Below, in pieces: positions 58,493 to 64,000 of a DNA stretch of 64,000 nucleotides. How positions within the stretch are numbered: position 1 is the stretch's first letter; the number at the start of each line of letters is the position of its first letter. Source of the stretch: Pseudomonadota bacterium. GTDB taxonomy: Bacteria; Desulfobacterota; Desulfobulbia; Desulfobulbales; SURF-16. The position numbers and the translations under genes are program-made. Under the pieces are notes generated by a model. The model was given only the letters and a program-made list of their open reading frames with translations. It did not search any database and was not told where the DNA came from. Where the stretch lies: positions 11,581-75,580 of the forward strand of contig JAZDEG010000010.1 of assembly GCA_043809085.1 (NCBI GenBank), read 5' to 3'.

Positions 58493-60229
58493 ATGGGAAA
58501 CAGTGTAACAGAAAACAAACAACAAGATGGCTTTGATGCCATCGAAGAAGGCATGAGCTTTGCCGAACTCTTCAATGACGAGCAATTAACTGTTGCAAAT
58601 GTCGGAGATGTCGTTCAGGGGACTATTATCGGGTTGACAGACAATTTTGCCGTAATTGATATCGGTGACAAGTCTGAAAGCGAGATCCCGCTGAGCGAAT
58701 TCAGAAGCGAAGGAGAAGATGCTGAAGTACAGATCGGCGATGTCTTTGATGTCTTTGTCGAAAAACGTGAGGCTGAAGGCGGTCTCCGTCTTTCACGTGA
58801 AAAAGCCATCGGAATCAAGGTCTGGGAAGATATTGCCAGTATCCAGGAGGCCGACGGAACCATAAACGGCCGCATTGAAAGCCGCGTCAAAGGCGGGCTT
58901 TCCGTGGATATCGGCGTACCGGCATTTTTACCCTATTCTCAGATTGATCTTCGTCCGGTTAAGGACCTTGATAATATGATCGGGCAAACTTATGAATTCA
59001 AGATTCTCAAGTTTAACCGTAAGCGTAATAACGTCGTCATCTCTCGCCGTGCAATCCTTGAGGAAGAAAGACAGAAACTGCGCCACGAAATGCGATCTTC
59101 TCTTGCAGAAGGTTCAGTTGTGGTCGGTTCCATCACCAACATCACGGATTACGGTGTTTTCATTGATCTGGGCGGCCTTGACGGATTGTGTCATATCACA
59201 GACCTGTCATGGGGACGTGTTTCCCATCCTTCCAAATTGTTCAAGGTCGGGCAGGAAATTGAAGTCAAAGTTCTCAAATACGACAAGGATACGGACAAGG
59301 TTTCCCTCGGCGTCAAGCAATTGAAAGCTGATCCGTGGTCCACGGTTGAAGATAAGTATCCCGTCAGCTCCCAAGCCATCGGCAAAGTGGTCAGTATTAC
59401 TGATTACGGTGTTTTTGCCGAACTGGAAGAGGGTGTTGAGGGTTTGGTTCATGTCTCCGAAATGTCATGGTCCAAGAAGACACGTCATCCATCGAAAATC
59501 GTATCCGTCGGTGATGCGATTGATGTTTCCATCCTGAATATTGATGTCGATGCAAAGAGAATATCCCTCGGAATGAAGCAATTGCAGCCCAATCCCTGGG
59601 ATCTCGTCACCGAGAATTATCCGGTGGGCTCCATCATTGAAGGAAAGATCAAAAATATTACTGATTTTGGTATTTTTATTGGCATCGAGGAAGGGATTGA
59701 CGGCCTTATCCATGTTTCCGACCTCTCGTGGACGGAACGGATCAAGCATCCTTCTGAAAAATATTCCAAGGGTCAGACAATTCAGGCTGTTGTGTTGAAA
59801 ATTGATCGTGAAAACGAACGTTTTTCACTCGGCATCAAGCAGTTGACCCCTGATCCCTGGCAACAGGCCATTGAAAAGTATCCCGTCGGCGCCCTTATCC
59901 AAGGCAAAATCACCAATGTTACTGACTTTGGTATTTTTGTCGAGGTTGAGGAGGGAGTCGAAGGCCTTGTTCATGTTTCCGAGATCAGCAAAGACAAAGT
60001 CAATACACCAGTCGGCATGTATAATGTCGGAGACACAATTGAAACCAAGGTTATCAGTGTTTCCGCCAAGGATCGCAAGATCGGTCTTTCCGTTAAGGCC
60101 ATGTCCGACGATGGTGAAGAAATAAAGCTTGATGATTACAAGAAATTCCAGGCATCAACCGGTCCTTCTACTTTGGGAGACTTGTTGAAGGAAGAACTTG
60201 TCAATCAAGAACGCCGGGAAGAAGAATAG
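58493..60229 (+). CDS. rpsA: 30S ribosomal protein S1
   Basis: 578 aa with six S1 repeats (recurring G.V..ITDFG.F..L..GV.GL.H.SE.S motif). Confidence 0.97.
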   Translation: MGNSVTENKQQDGFDAIEEGMSFAELFNDEQLTVANVGDVVQGTIIGLTDNFAVIDIGDKSESEIPLSEFRSEGEDAEVQIGDVFDVFVEKREAEGGLRLSREKAIGIKVWEDIASIQEADGTINGRIESRVKGGLSVDIGVPAFLPYSQIDLRPVKDLDNMIGQTYEFKILKFNRKRNNVVISRRAILEEERQKLRHEMRSSLAEGSVVVGSITNITDYGVFIDLGGLDGLCHITDLSWGRVSHPSKLFKVGQEIEVKVLKYDKDTDKVSLGVKQLKADPWSTVEDKYPVSSQAIGKVVSITDYGVFAELEEGVEGLVHVSEMSWSKKTRHPSKIVSVGDAIDVSILNIDVDAKRISLGMKQLQPNPWDLVTENYPVGSIIEGKIKNITDFGIFIGIEEGIDGLIHVSDLSWTERIKHPSEKYSKGQTIQAVVLKIDRENERFSLGIKQLTPDPWQQAIEKYPVGALIQGKITNVTDFGIFVEVEEGVEGLVHVSEISKDKVNTPVGMYNVGDTIETKVISVSAKDRKIGLSVKAMSDDGEEIKLDDYKKFQASTGPSTLGDLLKEELVNQERREEE

Positions 60230-60251
60230 TCTCGCCGCTTCCCTATTTCTC

Positions 60252-61178
60252 ATGTCGCAAGAAAGGTTATTCCGCCAGAAGCATCCGATCCTTACAGGTT
60301 TTTTCATCCTGGGAGTGATCAGTGTCTTCTTCTGGTTTGGAATAACCTTTTTTGTTTCAACGATGACTCGCAGTGTCGGCACTTCTGATTTATTCAGCTC
60401 CAACAACGTTGAAATTGGTGTTGTACAACTGAAAGGCGTTATTGCAGATGCCGAAGAAGTGATCGCTCAACTGGACAGGTTCAGCCGTTCGAAAACAGTT
60501 AAAGCCATTGTCGTACGCATTGACAGCCCTGGTGGCGCCGTTGGCGCTTCCCAGGAAATTTATCGCGAAATATCAAGGGTCAACACAATAAAACCCGTAG
60601 TTGCTTCCATGGGTTCCGTTGCCGCTTCCGGAGGCTTTTATGCCTCGTTGGGCGCGGGAAAAATTCTTGCCAGTCCCGGCACTTTAACCGGCAGCATGGG
60701 CGTAATTCTGAAATTCCCCAATCTTGAAGAGATTTTTCAGAAAATCGGCTACAGGGATGAAGTTATCAAAAGCGGCGAAATGAAAGATATAGGCTCACCC
60801 AGCAGACCGCTTTCCGCTGCAGAAAGAGAGTTGCTGCAGAATTTGATTGACGAAGTTCATCAACAATTTATCCACGATATTGCCGCCAGCAGAAATTTGG
60901 AGGTGGATAAAGTACGACAGGTTGCTGATGGCCGCATTTTCTCCGGCGAAACGGCAAAACAGCTCGGATTGATCGATGATTTCGGTAATTTTAATGATGC
61001 AGTCATACTTGCTGCAAAGCTGGCTGGCTATGAAGACGCTGTTCCATCATTGATTTATCCCGATGAAGAGCGGTTGTCATTGATGAAGCTGCTTGTTGAG
61101 AATAAATTTGGTGCAATGTTTCGTCGAGTCACTGCTTCACACCCATTATTGTCTTTTGAGTGGACATATGAGCATTAA
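60252..61178 (+). CDS. sppA: Signal peptide peptidase SppA, 36K type
   Basis: The ClpP/crotonase-like core reads VVRIDSPGGAVGASQEI...MGSVAASGGFYAS. I prefer ATG 60252 over the track start 60198, which overlaps rpsA. It has one N-terminal TM segment. Confidence 0.85.
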   Translation: MSQERLFRQKHPILTGFFILGVISVFFWFGITFFVSTMTRSVGTSDLFSSNNVEIGVVQLKGVIADAEEVIAQLDRFSRSKTVKAIVVRIDSPGGAVGASQEIYREISRVNTIKPVVASMGSVAASGGFYASLGAGKILASPGTLTGSMGVILKFPNLEEIFQKIGYRDEVIKSGEMKDIGSPSRPLSAAERELLQNLIDEVHQQFIHDIAASRNLEVDKVRQVADGRIFSGETAKQLGLIDDFGNFNDAVILAAKLAGYEDAVPSLIYPDEERLSLMKLLVENKFGAMFRRVTASHPLLSFEWTYEH

Positions 61179-61263
61179 TAATTTTCCCCCTTTGACAGCC
61201 TTGTGCAATACGTTCCCCTCACGAAATCGTGGTAATTAAATTTGTTGCTTCAGGAATTTCACT

Positions 61264-61578
61264 ATGCTTAAACGCGATTTGGTAAATACCGTTTCTGATC
61301 AGATTAACGGGCATTTGAAAAAAGATGTGAATCAGGTTGTTGATATTATATTGGATTCAATTTCAGGCGCATTGCATGAAGGCCGAAGGGTTGAAATTCG
61401 AGGTTTTGGCAGTTTAAGTGTGCGGGAGCGTAAATCGAGAACCACAAAAAATCCGAGAACATCCCAGGTGATGCATATTTCATCCCGCAAAACAGTTCAT
61501 TTTACCATGAGCAAATCAATCAAAGAACCGTTGGTTCTAGTTAACAACTCAAGAAAAAAGGAAAAGGGTGAAGGTTGA
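61264..61578 (+). CDS. ihfB: HU/IHF-family DNA-binding protein, IHF beta-like
   Basis: 104 aa with RVEIRGFGSLSVRERKSRTTKNPRT. The rpsA-sppA-ihfB order is a common arrangement. Confidence 0.7.
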   Translation: MLKRDLVNTVSDQINGHLKKDVNQVVDIILDSISGALHEGRRVEIRGFGSLSVRERKSRTTKNPRTSQVMHISSRKTVHFTMSKSIKEPLVLVNNSRKKEKGEG

Positions 61579-61584
61579 TTCCTT

Positions 61585-62238
61585 TCAACCGAGAAAGAGT
61601 GTCGTATCGCCTTTCCCGAAACGCAGAATTTCAGGCAATTCATTGACTAAGGAAATGACGCTTGACGGTGCCGGCGGTGGGCATGGACTGTCTATGATCA
61701 GATCAACCAGATTTCCCAGGTTGTTTTCCACATCATAGGCATCCATCGGATCGATTTCTTCTTCACAGCTTGCCGTCGTTGTCAGTAACGGGTTCCCCAG
61801 CGAGTTGACCAGATATCGACAGATGTTGTTGTCGGGTACGCGAATTCCCACTGTTTTCTGCTTGGTCATCATAATTTTCGGTACTAATTTCATAGCAGGC
61901 AAGACGAAGGTATAGGGACCCGGCAGGGATTTTTTCATCAGCTTGTACGCTGTATTAGAGAGAAAACAGTATTGGCTTACATCTTTTAAATCCGCACATA
62001 TAAAGCTGAATGGTTTCGCTTTGTCCCTTTTTTTTATCTGGTATATTTTCTTCACAGCTTTCTGATTGTATATGTCGCAGCCAATTCCATAGACCGTATC
62101 GGTAGGATAGGCGATGATCGCCCCCTGGCGGAGCGCTTCAACAGCCTGGTCAATGAGTCTTTGCTGTGGATTGTCTTTGTTTATCTGCAGTATGCGCATG
62201 AATTTTTTTCTTACCTTGAGTTTTTTGTTTGGTCTCAT
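61585..62238 (-). CDS. tsaC: L-threonylcarbamoyladenylate synthase (TsaC/YrdC family)
   Basis: Motifs AYPTDTVYGIGCD and KKRDKAKPFSFI. ATG 62199 (MRILQINK...) is a plausible alternative start. Confidence 0.8.
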   Translation of the reverse strand: MRPNKKLKVRKKFMRILQINKDNPQQRLIDQAVEALRQGAIIAYPTDTVYGIGCDIYNQKAVKKIYQIKKRDKAKPFSFICADLKDVSQYCFLSNTAYKLMKKSLPGPYTFVLPAMKLVPKIMMTKQKTVGIRVPDNNICRYLVNSLGNPLLTTTASCEEEIDPMDAYDVENNLGNLVDLIIDSPCPPPAPSSVISLVNELPEILRFGKGDTTLFLG

Positions 62239-62368
62239 TATAACGTATTTTCGTTTCTTTTACGGCTCACTTTTTCGCTTGTTCAAATTTATCCCATCCG
62301 TCGCCCCCGCAGTTTGTCGGAACCGACTATCAGAATCGATCCTTTCCTCATTCACTTTATTGGATCAA

Positions 62369-62773
62369 TCAGGAAGCTGATAATATATCTTTTACGATTT
62401 CGACAACTTGTTTGTCTTGATCATTGAGCATTTTTTTCAGGGCTTCACGGGCTTGTTCTGTCCCTATTATTCCCAGGAGAGTAGCAGCATCACCACGAAC
62501 ATAACTTTTCTCATCCTGCAGTTTGGGGAGCAGCGCCGGAATTGCCAAGACTAGATCTGCCGGATTATAGACATACAGTTCTTCAAAAAGAACCGCCATC
62601 CCGATTCGCACCATATAACGCTCATCACTGATAAGATCTCCGCACAACCCGTAGTGTTCTTTTTCCTGCCTGAACATTGCCACGATGTTTTCGATGTGGC
62701 CCATTTCGATGAAGTCAGCTATTACCTTGATCAGTTCTTCTCTGCTGATATTCGTTCCTTGTTTATTTTCCAT
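62369..62773 (-). CDS. HEAT-repeat protein
   Basis: 134 aa. The segment LLPKLQDEKSYVRGDAATLLGIIGTEQAREALKKMLNDQDKQV has the HEAT/PBS-lyase repeat pattern. Confidence 0.5.
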   Translation of the reverse strand: MENKQGTNISREELIKVIADFIEMGHIENIVAMFRQEKEHYGLCGDLISDERYMVRIGMAVLFEELYVYNPADLVLAIPALLPKLQDEKSYVRGDAATLLGIIGTEQAREALKKMLNDQDKQVVEIVKDILSAS

Positions 62774-62863
62774 TTTTCGATCTTTATGCCTATAGGTTCC
62801 ATTTCCGTGATTCTTTTTTCAGATATACCATGCTGATAACACATCAAAAACGTAAAATAATGT

Positions 62864-63196
62864 TTAGAAACGCTTCACGGGCTTTTTACGCAATCCGTCC
62901 AGCATGTGCATCAGGGCAAGAAAAGGATGATGGAGCATCATGCGTGGGCCCACATAGCGCATCACCTGCCTGATCTTTTCACGCATGATCGGTTTGTAGC
63001 AGTGGACCGCGCAGTTGCCGCAGGTTGTTTTCCCCTGCTGAAAAGGGCACTTCCGTAAACGCTTGCGGGCATAGTCCAGCAACTCCCGGCAGTCGTCGCA
63101 GAGGGCCGCTTTTCCGTCATGATGATGACGGCAATAGACCCGGATCATGACTTCAATGGTTTTCGCTTCCCGTTGTATACGTCTGGAAGAATACAT
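62864..63196 (-). CDS. Nitrous-oxide-stimulated-promoter (YgbA) family Cys-rich protein
   Basis: 110 aa with the Cys pattern YCRHHH...LCDDC...CPF...TCGNCAVHCYKP typical of that family. Confidence 0.65.
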   Translation of the reverse strand: MYSSRRIQREAKTIEVMIRVYCRHHHDGKAALCDDCRELLDYARKRLRKCPFQQGKTTCGNCAVHCYKPIMREKIRQVMRYVGPRMMLHHPFLALMHMLDGLRKKPVKRF

Positions 63197-63344
63197 GCTA
63201 TGCTATAGTTATTATGAGTTTGGCAAAAAGTAAGGGATGATCATCGGCAACAAAAGGCTGATATATATAGCTCAGCGGAATGAGCATTACGCCCATTGCC
63301 CTCTTCATTTCTTCTCACCGAAAAAAAGAAACACCAAAAAATTC

Positions 63345-64000
63345 ATGTTTAACATAGCTTATCTGAAAATTCTTGTGCTTCTTTCTCTGGCATTGGCCGG
63401 GATCATTCCCGGCTATCTCGCCCTGCATGTCACACCTTCATTTCAACAGCTCATTATCACTGAAACAGAAAAAGAGGCTGTTCGTGTAGCGCATCACCTT
63501 GCCTCTATGTACTTCCATGGCCCTGATAATTCTATAAACAAACAATCGATCGCCGTGATATCGGAAACCGATTCGCAGATCCGCCAGGATTTTCAGATAA
63601 AAAAACTGAAAATCTTTTTCCCCTCCGGAGAGATTGCATATTCCTCGGACGCTGAAGATATCGGCAAAATAAATACCGCCAGCTACTTCAGCGAAGAAGT
63701 CGCCCAGGGGAACCTTTACTCCAAAGTCGTCAAAAAGGATGAACCTTCTCTTGAAGGAAGATACCTGCAGGTTGATGTGGTGGAAACCTATGTTCCTATC
63801 ATGCAGAATGGTATCTTCCAGGGTGCATTTGAAATATATTTCGATATTACCAACCAGAATAATCGACTCACGCATCTTGTCGGAAAAATATATGCGGTGA
63901 CGGCCCTTGTTGCAGGGATCCTGATTGCGGTCATTTTATTTACCTATAACCGGGCAATGAAGCACCATGAACAATGCAGAAATCTTGAAATAAAACTCCA
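63345..64000 (+). CDS. Membrane sensor protein, N-terminal part (two TM segments flanking a ~160-aa periplasmic domain); continues beyond the window
   Basis: My own translation from ATG 63345 reads MFNIAYLKILVLLSLALAGIIPGYLALHV...periplasmic segment...IYAVTALVAGILIAVILFTY. It is open-ended, so it is absent from the ORF track. The output domain is not visible. Confidence 0.45.
   Translation, partial: MFNIAYLKILVLLSLALAGIIPGYLALHVTPSFQQLIITETEKEAVRVAHHLASMYFHGPDNSINKQSIAVISETDSQIRQDFQIKKLKIFFPSGEIAYSSDAEDIGKINTASYFSEEVAQGNLYSKVVKKDEPSLEGRYLQVDVVETYVPIMQNGIFQGAFEIYFDITNQNNRLTHLVGKIYAVTALVAGILIAVILFTYNRAMKHHEQCRNLEIKL

Overview
A 64-kb, gene-dense chromosomal segment with about 60 CDS, roughly 50% GC by eye, and most genes on the minus strand. 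I found no rRNA, tRNA, CRISPR array, transposase, integrase or phage genes. The gene content looks like an anaerobic sulfur-cycling Desulfobacterota (Desulfobulbales-like) genome, but that assignment is only an inference. It rests on an F-type ATPase operon with b-prime/b and no a/c genes, a YedE-TusA-DsrE-like cluster, HDOD and GAF sensor kinases, and a GltD/NfnB-like oxidoreductase. Housekeeping blocks: trkAH, uppP, atpF'FHAGDC, alaS-recA-cinA-mtaB-mnmA, yajC-tgt-rph, mutM, bioBF-pcnB, rpsA-sppA-ihfB and tsaC. Five regions deserve a second look. (1) 48.5-51.6 kb holds a single 1030-aa ORF that fuses a radical-SAM domain, an ArsM-type methyltransferase and a Cys-rich domain. (2) 10.3-13.1 kb holds a divergent yedE / tusA-dsrE-like cluster followed by two small ORFs, one of them a 57-aa ORF below the ORF-track cut-off. 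(3) 13.2-23.7 kb holds an 11-12 gene, translationally coupled type II secretion-like operon. It has a lipobox-bearing secretin, no major pseudopilin, no prepilin peptidase, and an unknown cytoplasmic Cys protein as its last gene. (4) 41.4-46.1 kb holds an operon of an HDOD hybrid kinase, a MinD/FlhG-like ATPase with an HTH-like N-terminus, and an ExeA/MshM-like ATPase. (5) 7.3-10.1 kb holds a REC-GAF-kinase gene coupled to a FliK-like gene. All function calls come from reading motifs in the translations by eye. No database search was run.
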